A DNA stretch of 64,000 bases from an uncultured Acidobacteriaceae bacterium (GTDB lineage: Bacteria > Acidobacteriota > Terriglobia > Terriglobales > Acidobacteriaceae): positions 99,318 to 163,317 of the forward strand of contig CAWFYX010000008.1 of NCBI GenBank assembly GCA_963820175.1. Reading direction: 5' to 3'. The position numbers and the translations under genes are program-made. Shown piece after piece: positions 19,677 through 29,854 of this stretch; the stretch's first letter is position 1; each line of letters opens with the position of its first letter. The notes under the pieces are model-generated. The model was not told where the DNA came from. It did not search any database and saw only the letters and a program-made list of their open reading frames with translations.

Positions 19677-21650
19677 TCAGATTCTTTTGAACGCCCGCTG
19701 AATATCTTTTACAGAATACCGCAGAACTACCGGGCGCCCATGCGGACAGCTCATGGGGCAATCGGTTTTGGCCAGCTCGCTCAGCAGCCACTCCATTTTG
19801 TTCTGCTCCAGCGGCATGTTGACCTTGATGGCGGCATGGCAGGCGATGCTGGCGGCGATGTTGGTGCGGATGCGGTCCAGGTTCAGCGACTGCTCTTCGC
19901 GTTCGAACTGCTCCAGGATTTCGTGCAGCAGATGCTCGACGTCGCCCGGCGTGACTCCGGCAGCTGTGGTCTTCACCGCGATGGTGCGCGAACCGAAGGG
20001 TTCCACCTCGAAGCCGTTGCGATTCAGTTCGTCGGAAATCTCGGCAAAGACCGCCATCTGTCCCGGCGTCAATTCGACGATCAGCGGCATCAGCAGTTGC
20101 TGTTTTTCCGGCGCCTCTGCCAGCCGCTGCTTCGAGATCTTCTCGAACAAGATGCGCTCGTGCGCCACATGCTGATCGATGATCCACAGCCCTTGCGGAT
20201 TGATCGCCAGGATGAACGAGTCGCGAATCTGGCCCACCGGCTTAAGGCTGGCCAGCGACTCCAGCCCGACTGGCGCGTCCTCGTCGGCGACTTCGGGCGA
20301 GCAACCGTTTCCGCCGGGGGCGAGAGTTGCCGCCGCCGGACCTCCGAAGGTCTGGGGTCCGAACCGCGCCACCGGAATTGCAGCGTTGCCTTCGACGGCA
20401 AATCCTCCGCCTTCGAATTGCAGCGAGGCCGTGAACGGCGGGAGTTCCCGAGCGCGCAGCGCGAAGTCCGCGTCGGCTTCGGTCACCTGCAGGTCGCTGT
20501 TGGCGAAGTCGCGAGCTCCCGGCGTTAGCGAAGGTGATGCGGTTGGCTCGGCGTGGATCTCGGTCATGAACGCCGGCACCGGACGCGACTTCATCAGCAC
20601 CGCGCGCACCGAGTCGCGAATGAAGTCGTGCAGAATCGACGACTGCCGGAATCGCACCTCGGTCTTCGATGGATGCACGTTGACATCGACTTCGGTGAAC
20701 GGCATGTCGAGGAAAAGCAGCACCACCGGGTAAACCGTGGGCGGAATGATGTTGCGATAGGCCTCGGTAAGCGCGTGCTGCACCAGTCGATCGCGAATCA
20801 GCCGGCCATTCACGAAGATGAAGATCGAGTTGCGATTCAGCTTCTGGATCTCGGGCCGCGAGACGAAGCCATGCAGTTTGATCTCGCCTTTCACCGGCTC
20901 CTCGGGTTCTTCCAGCTCGCTGCGGCGCCACGGCGGAGGCTGCGGCAGGCCCACTCGTTCCAGCGGCAGCAGCGCACTCAGGGGAATGAGTTGGTCGAGC
21001 GTCTCCTTGCCGAACACCTGGTAGATACGTTCCGAGTGCCCGGCAACCGGCGGCGCCACCAGCATGGCATTCGTCGCTGAGTGCAGTTCCCAATGCATTT
21101 CGGGATGGGCCAGGGCGTAGTGCGTTACCAGCGACGCGATGTGAGAAAGTTCGGTCGACTCCGCCTTCAGGAATTTTCGGCGCGCGGGGATGTTGAAGAA
21201 CAAATCGCGAATCGTGATGCAAGTGCCCAGCGGCAGCCCGGCTTCTTCGACGGTGAGCAGCTTGCCGCCGGCGATCTCGATCACGGTTCCGGCGGATTCT
21301 TCCGCGGTGCGAGTCTCCAAGCGCAACCGGCTCACGGATGCGATCGAGGGCAGCGCTTCTCCGCGAAAGCCGAGGGTCGCGATGTTTAACAGGTCATCCG
21401 TGTTGCGGATCTTCGAGGTGGCGTGGCGTTCGAAGGCCAGCATGGCATCGTCGCGCACCATGCCGCAGCCGTCGTCGGTTACCTGGATCAGCTTCTTTCC
21501 GCCTGCTTCGATGTTGACTCGAATGCGGTGGGCCCCAGCATCCAGCGAGTTTTCCAGCAACTCCTTCACGACCGAGGCAGGCCGCTCCACCACTTCGCCG
21601 GCGGCGATCTTGTTGGCTACATTTTCGGAGAGAACGTGGATGCGCCCCAT
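19677..21650 (-). CDS. mutL: DNA mismatch repair protein MutL
   Basis: NKIAAGEVVERPASVVKELLENSLDAG GHKL ATPase motif, 657 aa. Confidence 0.95.
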   Translation of the reverse strand: MGRIHVLSENVANKIAAGEVVERPASVVKELLENSLDAGAHRIRVNIEAGGKKLIQVTDDGCGMVRDDAMLAFERHATSKIRNTDDLLNIATLGFRGEALPSIASVSRLRLETRTAEESAGTVIEIAGGKLLTVEEAGLPLGTCITIRDLFFNIPARRKFLKAESTELSHIASLVTHYALAHPEMHWELHSATNAMLVAPPVAGHSERIYQVFGKETLDQLIPLSALLPLERVGLPQPPPWRRSELEEPEEPVKGEIKLHGFVSRPEIQKLNRNSIFIFVNGRLIRDRLVQHALTEAYRNIIPPTVYPVVLLFLDMPFTEVDVNVHPSKTEVRFRQSSILHDFIRDSVRAVLMKSRPVPAFMTEIHAEPTASPSLTPGARDFANSDLQVTEADADFALRARELPPFTASLQFEGGGFAVEGNAAIPVARFGPQTFGGPAAATLAPGGNGCSPEVADEDAPVGLESLASLKPVGQIRDSFILAINPQGLWIIDQHVAHERILFEKISKQRLAEAPEKQQLLMPLIVELTPGQMAVFAEISDELNRNGFEVEPFGSRTIAVKTTAAGVTPGDVEHLLHEILEQFEREEQSLNLDRIRTNIAASIACHAAIKVNMPLEQNKMEWLLSELAKTDCPMSCPHGRPVVLRYSVKDIQRAFKRI

Positions 21651-21662
21651 GCATCAAGAGTA

Positions 21663-21695
21663 ATTCACCACAGAGGCACAGGGACACAGAGAAAA
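21663..21695. repeat. Repeat family E (ATTCACCAC(A/G)GAG(G/A)CAC(A/G)G...)
   Basis: Related copies at 50273-50311 and, inverted, at 51082-51106. Confidence 0.55.
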
Positions 21696-21742
21696 GCCCT
21701 CGAGGGTTGAGTTTCAGATTTCCAGTGAAGTTATTTCAACCA

Positions 21743-21800
21743 CTGTCATCCCGACCGGAACGAAGCGAAGCGGAGGGATCTGCGGTTTCTTTCAGAGCCA
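21743..21800. repeat. REP-like repeat, family A copy
   Basis: CTGTCATCCCGACCGGAACGAAGCGAAGCGGAGGGATCTGCGG. Confidence 0.6.
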
Positions 21801-21831
21801 AAACTTCCTTCTCCGGCTCCTGATCCCCGCC

Positions 21832-23037
21832 TTACTGCCGGGGCGCGTAATATCCCTTCCTGGCGCGCACGTGGTACTTCTTGTTGTCGGCGAGGATCTC
21901 GATCTTGCGGTACTTGCCGTTGGCTACAAAGTCTGCCGGCTTGTACGAGATGGCGTACTGGCTGCGGAGCTCGTCGGAAATCTCCGAGAACGCATTCGAC
22001 ACGTCCTCAATCTTGAAGGGAAAGAATGCTTTGCCGCCGGTCTCTTCCGCGAAGTGTTCCAGCACCTTGTCGCCGCGCAGCTTGAGCCCGCTGGTGTTGG
22101 TGGAGATAGCGTAGATGATGACTTCAGCGCGTTGCGCCATCTCGACTGCCTCTTCGCGCGACACCCGGCTCTGGTTATCCTCGCCATCGCTCAGCAGAAT
22201 AATGGCGCGCCGGGTGGCGATGACGCCCTTGTCGGCCTGCATCAGCTTGTCGCGACAGGCGAAGTAGATAGCGTCGTACATGGCGGTGCCGCCGCCGGCC
22301 CGCAGCATGCGCACGCCCTTGGAGAGTGCCTCAGCGTCGTCGCTGAAGTCCTGCGTCACCTCGGGCGTGGTATCGAAGCCGATGACGAACGCCTTGTCGA
22401 ATCTCGGCCGGATAATCTGGTTCAAGAACTCAATCGCCGCTTCCTGCTCGAACTTGAAGCGGTCGCGCACCGAATTGCTGGCGTCGATCAGCAGCCCCAC
22501 CCGCAGGGGCAGGTTGGTCTGCCGGTTGAACGATTCAATGCTCAGCGCCGGCTTGCTGTCGTCGAACACGCGAAAATCGTTCTGGGTCAAGTCCTTCACG
22601 AAGTGCTCGCGCTTGTCGGTGACGGTGAAAACCACATTCACCTCGTCGACGCGCTTACGAATGACGGTGAGCGTGTCGTCAACCCCGTCGCCAGCCGCTC
22701 CGCCAGGAGCTACACTGGCCGGCGCCGATCCCACGCCGAACTGGGCTTGCCCGGTGGCATTGTTGGTTTCGCCCTTGCCTGCCTGCGATGACGTCGAACC
22801 GCTATTGCTCGAGGCGTCGCTCTTGGTGGCTGGCGCAGCCGAGGTTTGCGCCGGAGCGCTGGCCTGTCCCGTCCCAGTTGAGGGGGCCGGAGCCGGCGGA
22901 GTAGGAGGCGGAGGAGGATACTTCGTCGCCGAAGGCGCGGTGGGAAGTGCCTGTTGTGGTGAGTCTTGGGCGACGAGCCCCCAAGGTAACGCCGCCATCA
23001 AAACCAGGATCAACCAGTAATTCATGTGAATCTTCAT
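21832..23037 (-). CDS. Secreted VWA-domain protein (Acidobacteria-type VWFA architecture)
   Basis: Signal peptide, Pro/Ser/Ala-rich linker, and a VWA core with LLIDASNSV (MIDAS-like DxSxS). Confidence 0.85.
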   Translation of the reverse strand: MKIHMNYWLILVLMAALPWGLVAQDSPQQALPTAPSATKYPPPPPTPPAPAPSTGTGQASAPAQTSAAPATKSDASSNSGSTSSQAGKGETNNATGQAQFGVGSAPASVAPGGAAGDGVDDTLTVIRKRVDEVNVVFTVTDKREHFVKDLTQNDFRVFDDSKPALSIESFNRQTNLPLRVGLLIDASNSVRDRFKFEQEAAIEFLNQIIRPRFDKAFVIGFDTTPEVTQDFSDDAEALSKGVRMLRAGGGTAMYDAIYFACRDKLMQADKGVIATRRAIILLSDGEDNQSRVSREEAVEMAQRAEVIIYAISTNTSGLKLRGDKVLEHFAEETGGKAFFPFKIEDVSNAFSEISDELRSQYAISYKPADFVANGKYRKIEILADNKKYHVRARKGYYAPRQ

Positions 23038-23118
23038 TATAGCTGCTGGCCAGCTTCACCACTTGGACCTAGTCTGGCCGGGAAGGTAAGCGGGATCCAG
23101 CAAAATCCGCCTGTCTTT

Positions 23119-23215
23119 GGCCGAGGCTAAAGCCTCTAGTTAGGATGCCAACTTTCACGGGCCTGAAGGCCCGTGCTTCCACCCCTCACGGCTGAAAGGG
23201 CTGTGCTTCTACCCA
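23119..23215. repeat. Hairpin repeat cluster, family C (GAGGCTAAAGCCTC; CACGGGCCTGAAGGCCCGTGCTTCCACCC / CACGGCTGAAAGGGCTGTGCTTCTACCC)
   Basis: Tandem ~28-nt units with GGC-NNNA-GCC type hairpins. Confidence 0.6.
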
Positions 23216-23288
23216 AAGGCTCCGCGCACGCTTTGTGAATCTGCTCAGGGCAGGCCGCGAAGATCTGCACTGCCGCACAGTCACACCC

Positions 23289-24573
23289 CTACCCGGCGTA
23301 GCGCAGCCAGCGGCGCAACTCGGCCAGAGTTGGACGCTTGCCGTACATCAGAATTCCCACCCGGTAGATGCGCGACGAGAGCGCGAGCAGTCCGTAGATG
23401 GTAGCCAGCATCAGCCCGACACACAGCGCCAGTTGCCAAAGCGGCGGTTGCTCAATCATCACCCGAACCAGCATCAGGATGGGCGCGAAGAACGGAACCA
23501 GCGAGAGCCAGAACGACAGCGGCGAGTTGGGATGCTGCAGCACCGGATTCATCAGGAAGACGGCCAGAATGATGGGGATCATGGCCGGCCACTGCATCTG
23601 CTGCGCTTCCTGATCGGTAGTCACCATCGACCCGATAGCGGCGTACATGGAACTGTAGAGCAGATAGCCGAGCAGGAAGAAGATGGCGAACGCGACCATA
23701 CCCGCAACTGGAATGTGAACTTCGCCTAGAAATGATTTAGCCGCGATCAGTCCGGGAACCGAGAACAACACCGCGCAGGTCACCCAAATCAGAATCTGGG
23801 TCAGGCCGACGGCGCCGACGCCCAGAATTTTTCCCGCCAGCAGCTCCTTCGCCGTAACCGAAGACAGCAGCACCTCCAGAATGCGCGTGCTTTTTTCTTC
23901 GATGACCGAGCGCATCACCGAGATGCCGTAGATCAGCACGACCACATAGAGCAGCATGACCATGCCAAACGCAGTTACAAATACGGTGGTTCCGCTGGCG
24001 CCCTCCTTGCCTTTTTCCATCCGCACCGTCTTCAAGTCGATCGGGGTGAGCAGCGATTCGACCTCGGCTCCGCTCATGCCTTTCTGCGGCCAGATGTTGC
24101 TTGGTGATGGCGGTTCTGACCGCGTTGCGCAATTCGACCGACTGGCCGAAGTCGGCCGCTTCCTTGGTGCTGTAGGTGACACTGTGTTTGGCCAGGGCGT
24201 CATCGGTCAGCCAGAGGAAGCCGGTGATTTTGCCGTCGCTCACCTGTTGCCGCAGCAAGTCCCGCTCGGCTTCGGTAGGCGTGGTGTCCACCTGGATGAC
24301 ATAGGTCGCCGGGGCCAGCAGCCTCTCGTCCGGAGTGGTGGTGCTCTGCGGCTTCGAGCTGCCCAGTTCCTGCATCACGGCCGTGGCGATCTGGGGATTG
24401 TTGACCACCAGCACCAGGCGCCGCACCCCGCCGGTATTCATCTCCGCCAGCTTCGCTGGGATGAGCACGCTGCCCGCCATGAACGCCGGCATCAGCAGGG
24501 TAAAGATCACGAACGAGCGCGAGCGGACGCGTTCCAGGTATTCGCGCTGCAGCAGCGTCCACACGTTATGCAT
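23289..24573 (-). pseudogene. ABC-2 type (NatB-like) transporter permease, frameshifted
   Basis: The N-terminal part (MHNVWTLLQREYLERVRSRSFVIFTLLMP...AITKQHL) and the C-terminal part (...QKGMSGAEVESLL...six TM helices...) lie in different frames. The junction is near 24088-24105. Confidence 0.8.
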
Positions 24574-25466
24574 GTTTGCCCACCTGGTCGATGAAGATTT
24601 CCTCCAGCGAAGGCTCGACCAGCTCAAAGCGGCTGATGCGAGCGCGGTCCGAGGCCAGGCGCAACAGTTGCTGGCTGTCGGCGCCCGGCTTCAATCGCAC
24701 TTCCACGTAGTTGCCATAGTTGTTGAACGACTCGACCAGCTCGCAGCCGTCCAGTTGCGGATCGCCCTCATATTGCATCTGCACATGGTTCTTGCCGTAG
24801 CTGGCCTTGATCTTCTTGCAAGATCGCCTTCCAGCACCGCACGGCCGTGATCGATCAGGCAGATCGAGTCGCACAGCCGCTCCACCTGGTCCATGCGATG
24901 GGTGGAGAACAGGATGGTCTTGCCGGACTTCTTCAGCTCGATCAGCACATCCTTCAACATGACGGCGTTGGCGGGATCGAGCCCGGCGAACGGTTCGTCC
25001 ATGATGACCAGATCGGGATCGTGCAGCAGGGCGGCGATGAATTGAATCTTCTGCTGCATGCCCTTGGACAGCTCTTCCACTTTCTTCTGCGTCCATTCGC
25101 GGAGTTGTAGCCGCTCGCACCATAGCAGCGAGCGCTTCGCGCTTCGTCCTCGGAAAGATTATGCAGGCGGCCGAGGAATACCAGGTGATCGAGCACCTTC
25201 ATGCGCTTGTACAGGCCGCGCTCTTCCGGCAGGTAGCCGACGCGATGCAACTGCTGGCGATGAAACTTTTCGCCGAACAGCCAGACTTCGCCCTCATCGG
25301 GCATGGTGATGCCGATCATCATGCGGATGGTCGAAGTCTTGCCGGCGCCGTTGGGGCCCAGCAGCCCGTAGACGCTGCCTTGGCGAATGTTGAAGGAAAG
25401 GCTGTCGACCGCTACGAAGTGGTCGTAGGTCTTGCGGATTCCACGCAGTTCTACGGCATTGGCCAT
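24566..25466 (-). pseudogene. ABC transporter ATP-binding protein (NatA-like, DUF4162-type C-terminus), two frameshifts
   Basis: Three fragments in three frames: Walker A GPNGAGKT; then LSKGMQQKIQF...IMDEPFAGLD; then the C-terminal domain ...FELVEPSLEEIFI. Junctions are near 25132-25145 and 24815-24822. Confidence 0.85.
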
Positions 25467-25665
25467 GTATCTCATACGCCGATACAAACAGTTAGACTGT
25501 CGGGCAATATTCTTCGCCACTATACTGGTCGGCGCTCTCCTCTGTCGAGATCACCGCGGCTGGTCACCGACGGTGCCTTCCGAACGGGGTTTTGGCGAGC
25601 ATAACCTTGATATTTCGGCTACAATCCCATGCTCGGGGGAATGGCACAAGCCCTCCCCAGCGCTT

Positions 25666-27432
25666 ATGCGGGCCATCCACAAACGATTTAGTGTCGTCGC
25701 CGGCTTCGTCGTCCTGCTGATCGTCTTAGCCGTCAACACGCTGATCACCCGACGCCAGCTTGGGACGCAAGTCGAAGAGCATGAGTGGGTAGTACATACC
25801 GAGCAGGTGGTGCTCGAAGTCAGGCAGATCGAGGCGCTCCTGAGAGACGCTGAAACCGGGCAGCGCGGCTTCCTCTACACCGGCGATGCAAAATATCTGG
25901 CGCCTTACGACCTGGCCGCCGGTCAGGTTGACTCCCACATTCAGAAGCTGGCGGAGTTGACTACCGATAATCCCAGTCAACAACCGCGCATTGCCTTACT
26001 GCGCAAACTGGCTCACGACAAGCTGAACGAACTTGGCTTGACCATCACACTGTACCGCTCGGGTCAAGCGGAAGAAGCCCGGAGGGTAGTGCTCTCGAAC
26101 GCTGGCTTGTCCATGATGGAAGACATCCAGGCCGTGGTTAACCAAATGGTAGAGGCGGAGACTTCTCTGCTGGCGGAGCGCAGCGAGGCCTACCGGAAAA
26201 GCGTACGGGACACCGTCATCTCCATTTACCTGACCAGTATTGTTGCCGTGGTCGGACTGCTGCTGCTCGCCTACTACATATTGCACGAGATGGATCTCCG
26301 CGAGCGCCACGCCGCCCAGATGCGGGAACGCGAGCAGTGGTTCAGGGTCACCCTGACCAGCGTGGGCGATGGAGTGGTGGCTACTGATGACCAGGGATAT
26401 GTGACCTTTCTGAATCCCGTGGCTGAGGGGCTGATTGGGGCGACCCTGGCGGAGTTGCGGGGTCAGCCCATCCAGCAGGCCTTTCCCATCTTCAACGAAT
26501 ACACCCGTCAACCGATTGAAAATCCGGTTCGAAAAGTCATGGAATCAGGTCGCATCATCGGTCTCGCCAACCACACTGTGCTGCGCAAGCGGGATGGAAC
26601 CTTGATTCCGATCGAGGACAGCGCGGCGCCCATTCGCGACGATCAAGACCGGTTGGTGGGGGTTGTCCTGGTGTTCCGCGACGCAACCCATGATCGCAAG
26701 TCCCAAGAGGTTCTACGCAAGACCGAAAAGCTGGCCGCTGCCGCCCGCCTGGCCGCTACCGTGGCTCACGAAATCAACAATCCGCTGGAAGCCGTGGGCA
26801 ACTTGATCTACCTGGCGAAAGCGACAGCCGGCCTGCCTGAGGTCGCCACCCGACACCTGACGATCGCTGAGAGCGAACTGGAGCGAGTCTCCCACATCAC
26901 CCGCCAGACGCTGGGTTTTTATCACGAATCCAATGCTCCTGACCGGGTGGAAGTGCCGGCACTGGTCGAGTCTGTACTGAAACTCTATGCCAATAAACTC
27001 AGAAGCAAGAATATTGTCGTAGAGTGCGATCTGGGCGAGTGCCCTCCCATCCAGGGTTGGCCGGGGGAACTGAAACAACTTATCTCCAACCTGGTTTCCA
27101 ATGCCGCCGACGCGGTGAGCGCGAACGGAACTCTGAACGTCAAGTTGTCGTGTGTGGAAAATCCCGATGGCAATCACGTTCAGCTCATCATTGCAGATGA
27201 TGGCCACGGGATTGCGGCCGAACACATGAGCCGAATCTTCGAGCCGTTCTTCACCACCAAGAAAGATGTCGGCACCGGCCTGGGCTTGTGGGTCGCCCGG
27301 GAAATTGCGGAGCGGCATGGCGGTACCATTGAGGTTGAGTCGCGCACCGATCCTGTCTCCCATGGCACAGTGTTTACCGTCTTGTTGGCATGCAGCGCCC
27401 ATCTTCAGAGCCATGCTGCTGAAATGGCGTGA
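25666..27432 (+). CDS. CHASE3-PAS sensor histidine kinase
   Basis: TM anchor, CHASE3 signature (WVVHTEQV...DAETGQRGFLYTGDAKYLAPY), PAS, H-box VAHEINNPL and a HATPase_c domain. No response regulator is adjacent. Confidence 0.85.
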   Translation: MRAIHKRFSVVAGFVVLLIVLAVNTLITRRQLGTQVEEHEWVVHTEQVVLEVRQIEALLRDAETGQRGFLYTGDAKYLAPYDLAAGQVDSHIQKLAELTTDNPSQQPRIALLRKLAHDKLNELGLTITLYRSGQAEEARRVVLSNAGLSMMEDIQAVVNQMVEAETSLLAERSEAYRKSVRDTVISIYLTSIVAVVGLLLLAYYILHEMDLRERHAAQMREREQWFRVTLTSVGDGVVATDDQGYVTFLNPVAEGLIGATLAELRGQPIQQAFPIFNEYTRQPIENPVRKVMESGRIIGLANHTVLRKRDGTLIPIEDSAAPIRDDQDRLVGVVLVFRDATHDRKSQEVLRKTEKLAAAARLAATVAHEINNPLEAVGNLIYLAKATAGLPEVATRHLTIAESELERVSHITRQTLGFYHESNAPDRVEVPALVESVLKLYANKLRSKNIVVECDLGECPPIQGWPGELKQLISNLVSNAADAVSANGTLNVKLSCVENPDGNHVQLIIADDGHGIAAEHMSRIFEPFFTTKKDVGTGLGLWVAREIAERHGGTIEVESRTDPVSHGTVFTVLLACSAHLQSHAAEMA

Positions 27433-27510
27433 CGTATCGCAGAAGAAAGAGCTGGGATACAGGACGTAGCCGCTTGCCGTCGTGGGATAATCGCAAACAT
27501 AGGTGAGTTG

Positions 27511-29715
27511 ATGAAGCGAGTGGTTCACGCTGCCTGCCCGCACGATTGTCCCGACGGCTGCGCGGTGCTCATCACCGTCGATGATGGACGGGCAACCAAG
27601 ATCGAAGGCGATCCCCAGCATCCCATCACCCGCGGATTCCTGTGCGGCAAAGTTGCGAAGTATCTTGATCGGGTTTATTCGCCCGACCGCGTGCTCTATC
27701 CCATGCGGCGCGTGACAGCGAAAGGAACCCACGGCGAGGGTGCATTGCGGCGCATCACCTGGGACGAAGCCTTCGACGAGATCTGCACGCGCCTGAAAAC
27801 GATCAGCGCGGAGTTTGGACCGGAAGCGGTTCTGCCCTTCTCCTACGGCGGCAACATCGCCGTGCTTAACGGCGCGTCGATGGACATGCGCTTCTTCCAT
27901 CGCCTGGGCGCCTCGCAACTGCACCGCAGTATCTGCTCGCAGGCGGGCGGTGACGCCATCGTCTCCATCTACGGACGCAAGATCGGCACCGAACCGGAGC
28001 AGTTCCGCCAGTCCCGCTACATCATCGCCTGGGGCGCCAACATCCACGGCAACAACATTCATTTGTGGCCGTTCATCGAGGAAGCACGCCGGGCCGGCGC
28101 GAAACTGGTAGTCATCGATCCCTATCGCACCCGCACCGCGCGCGTAGCCGACTGGCATATCCCGATCAATCCTGGCACCGATGTCGCGCTGGCCATGGGA
28201 TTGATGCACATCATCGTGCGTGAAGGCTGGCATGACGCCGACTACCTCGCGCGGTACGCTGAGGGTTTCGACGAGTTGGAGAAGCGTCTGCCGGAGTACA
28301 CACCCGAGCGCGTTGCCCAGTGGACGGGCATCGCCAAGGACGACATCGAGCGCCTGGCGCGCGAATACGCCACCACGCGGCCAGCAGCAATCCGGCTGAA
28401 CTACGGGATCCAGCGCGCGCAAAATGGTGGAGCAGCGGTGCGCGCCGTCTGTATGTTGCCCATCCTGATCGGATCGTGGAAGGAAATCGGCGGCGGACTG
28501 CAGCTGTCCACCAGCGGCGGCTTCCAGCTCGACCGTGCCGCTATGGAGCGGCGGGATCTGATGCTGAAGAGTCCGCTGGGACATCCGCCGCGCACCATCA
28601 ACATGGTGCAGTTGGGACGAGCTCTCACCGAACTCAACGATCCTCCCGTCAAAGCGCTGGTGGTGTACAACAGCAATCCCGCCGCAGTTTGTCCGGAACA
28701 GCAGTTGGTGACGCGCGGCTTGCGGCGCGACGATCTGTTCACGGTGGTCCACGAGCAGTTCTTCACCGACACCACCGACTACGCCGACATCGTGCTTCCC
28801 GCAACCACGTTCTTCGAGCACAAGGACCTGGTGCAGGCCTACGGACACTATTACTTGCAGGTGTCGCATCAGGCGATCGAGGCGCTCGGGGAGTGCAAGT
28901 CCAATGTGGATTTCTTTCGCGAGCTGGCGCTGCGCATGGGCTTCGACGACGAATGTTTCCGCCAGCCGGTCGACGCCATGATCGACGCCGCCCTGGCCGC
29001 GGGCGTGCCGCAGCTGGCGGGCATCACCCGCGAACGTCTGGAGAACGATCCGCATGTGCGGTTGAATTTGAATGGGGGCCACAACGATTTACCGCGGGTG
29101 CTGGACAGCACGGTATCGGTGGAAGGGTACGGCTTTAGCCGTGCCGAAGACCGCTCTGTTGATTCGGGCTTTAGCCCTGGTGCACCCTGGCTACCGTTTG
29201 CCAATGGATTTCCCACGCCCACCGGGAAGGCGCGAATCTATGACGGAGAGTTGATCGCCCACGGAATGGATCCGGTGGCCTCGTTCATTCCACCGGAAGA
29301 GTCGCGGCACCAGGCTGCAGCCCAGCGCTATCCTCTGGAGTTACTGGCGCGGAAAGCGGACAACTTCCTGAACTCTACCTTCGTCAATCATCCCAGCCAT
29401 CAGAAAATGGAACGGCAGCAGAAGGATCTGGAAATCTCTGCAGACGATGCGAAACCTCGAGGCATCGCCGATGGCGACCGGGTTCGGATCTTCAACGATC
29501 GCGGCGAGATTTTTCTGCGCGCGCGGGTCGATGGATCGGTACGGCCGGGTGTGGTCGGCGCCAAACTGGGCTGGGCCAAACTGTCGGAGGGCGGCTTCAA
29601 CATCAACCTGCTCACCTCCGACCGGCTTACCGATCTGGGTGGTGGTGCTACGTTCTATTCCACTCTGGTGGAAGTGGAACGCGCCGACGCAACTTCCAGC
29701 GCCTCCGAGGGTTAG
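27511..29715 (+). CDS. Molybdopterin (DMSO-reductase family) oxidoreductase with N-terminal 4Fe-4S motif
   Basis: CPHDCPDGC...C cluster motif; 735 aa with MopB and C-terminal molydopterin dinucleotide-binding-type regions. Confidence 0.85.
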   Translation: MKRVVHAACPHDCPDGCAVLITVDDGRATKIEGDPQHPITRGFLCGKVAKYLDRVYSPDRVLYPMRRVTAKGTHGEGALRRITWDEAFDEICTRLKTISAEFGPEAVLPFSYGGNIAVLNGASMDMRFFHRLGASQLHRSICSQAGGDAIVSIYGRKIGTEPEQFRQSRYIIAWGANIHGNNIHLWPFIEEARRAGAKLVVIDPYRTRTARVADWHIPINPGTDVALAMGLMHIIVREGWHDADYLARYAEGFDELEKRLPEYTPERVAQWTGIAKDDIERLAREYATTRPAAIRLNYGIQRAQNGGAAVRAVCMLPILIGSWKEIGGGLQLSTSGGFQLDRAAMERRDLMLKSPLGHPPRTINMVQLGRALTELNDPPVKALVVYNSNPAAVCPEQQLVTRGLRRDDLFTVVHEQFFTDTTDYADIVLPATTFFEHKDLVQAYGHYYLQVSHQAIEALGECKSNVDFFRELALRMGFDDECFRQPVDAMIDAALAAGVPQLAGITRERLENDPHVRLNLNGGHNDLPRVLDSTVSVEGYGFSRAEDRSVDSGFSPGAPWLPFANGFPTPTGKARIYDGELIAHGMDPVASFIPPEESRHQAAAQRYPLELLARKADNFLNSTFVNHPSHQKMERQQKDLEISADDAKPRGIADGDRVRIFNDRGEIFLRARVDGSVRPGVVGAKLGWAKLSEGGFNINLLTSDRLTDLGGGATFYSTLVEVERADATSSASEG

Positions 29716-29854
29716 CGTAGCCATCAACGATCCATATCGGGCTGGCTTAGGTTTCCGAACCGGAGCACCCGTACCGTATAATTGCGCTTTCATTAAACCC
29801 TGGTACTGAGGTCTACGTCATTTCTTGCCACCGTCAGGGAAGACCCGCGCGGCT

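Noticed and set aside
26713-29082. 789-aa ORF on the minus strand, the longest in the track
   Set aside because: It runs antisense to the well-supported histidine kinase and molybdopterin oxidoreductase genes. It has an Arg/Gly/Ala/His-rich, motif-free composition typical of shadow ORFs in GC-rich DNA.
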